The position numbers and the translations under genes are program-made. A stretch of 64,000 nt of DNA from Balanoglossus misakiensis (lineage: Eukaryota; Animalia; Hemichordata). The notes under the pieces were generated by a model. That model was given only the letters and a program-made list of their open reading frames with translations. It made no database searches and was not told the DNA's origin. Shown here in pieces: positions 63,343 through 64,000 of the stretch. The stretch is from the NCBI GenBank assembly GCA_040954595.2, contig CM082577.2, positions 5,568,301 to 5,632,300 on the forward strand. Direction: 5' to 3'. Each line of letters starts with the position of its first letter. Within the stretch, counting starts at the first letter, position 1.

Positions 63343-64000
63343 GTATGTAGGAGTGTGTGGAATCCTCAACAAATAGGTTGTATGATGACATCAGCACTGT
63401 ACGCCTTTCCGATGGTGTGCATAAAAACAAAAAAAGACAGACCGTATGCTTACAAGTAAAATGCATAGTTATTTAGGCGGGAAAATATTTTTGTTACAAA
63501 AATGAAAGGTTGTGTCACCCACCAAATGTGTCCTGATGTACTATACATGTTGAAACCGAACATGTGCTTACCAATAAAATGCGTCATAATTTAGGTCAGA
63601 AAGAATACATTCGTTACAAGGAAATAAAAAGCAGCAAAGGAAACCAGTTGGTGCAGATGACCAGTACCGCATTTTGTGCACACAGGTCGTGAATCCCTCT
63701 GATGACTGTAACTATGTATATATTTTATGGTAGCTTAAAATCACAAGAGGGGAGAAAGCAAGCCCCATGTGTTTTGAAAGTGTGTCTCTATACAATAGGT
63801 GTATGCTATTAGCCTCATGTCCAGTCAGTTATTTTTGTAATGCCTCTTACGAATCAACACCACCTACCATGCCAGGTTGTGTTGGCCGAGGAATTTTGTA
63901 CTAATTCCAACTGGAATCAAATCTAGTTTTGGAAGCAATTAAGCCATAGGCTATATTTACTTTTATTCATACAAAACTTTCAAATTTGACGGCTCTTGCA

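Overview
AT-rich, intron-containing animal genomic DNA, probably from a marine invertebrate (the taxon cannot be fixed from sequence alone). I assembled seven spliced genes by hand from GT-AG junctions with consistent phases. They are: a small uncharacterised minus-strand gene, a ~1988-aa MUS81-family (ERCC4) nuclease with an unusual domain architecture, FBXW10-like, TMEM130, LRRC14/PRAME-like, DNAL4 and a 3'-truncated ENDOV. The window also holds several non-autonomous DNA transposons, microsatellites and many RFX X-box motifs. The most notable feature is the MUS81-like gene at 8935-19509. It appears to place a catalytically intact MUS81-type ERCC4 domain and an EME1/Mms4-like pseudo-nuclease segment on one polypeptide. 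It also carries a B-box, an RGG tract, a UIM/SIM array and a TAF1-type zinc knuckle, and lacks a recognisable C-terminal (HhH)2. All family assignments come from motif recognition by eye; no database searches were run.
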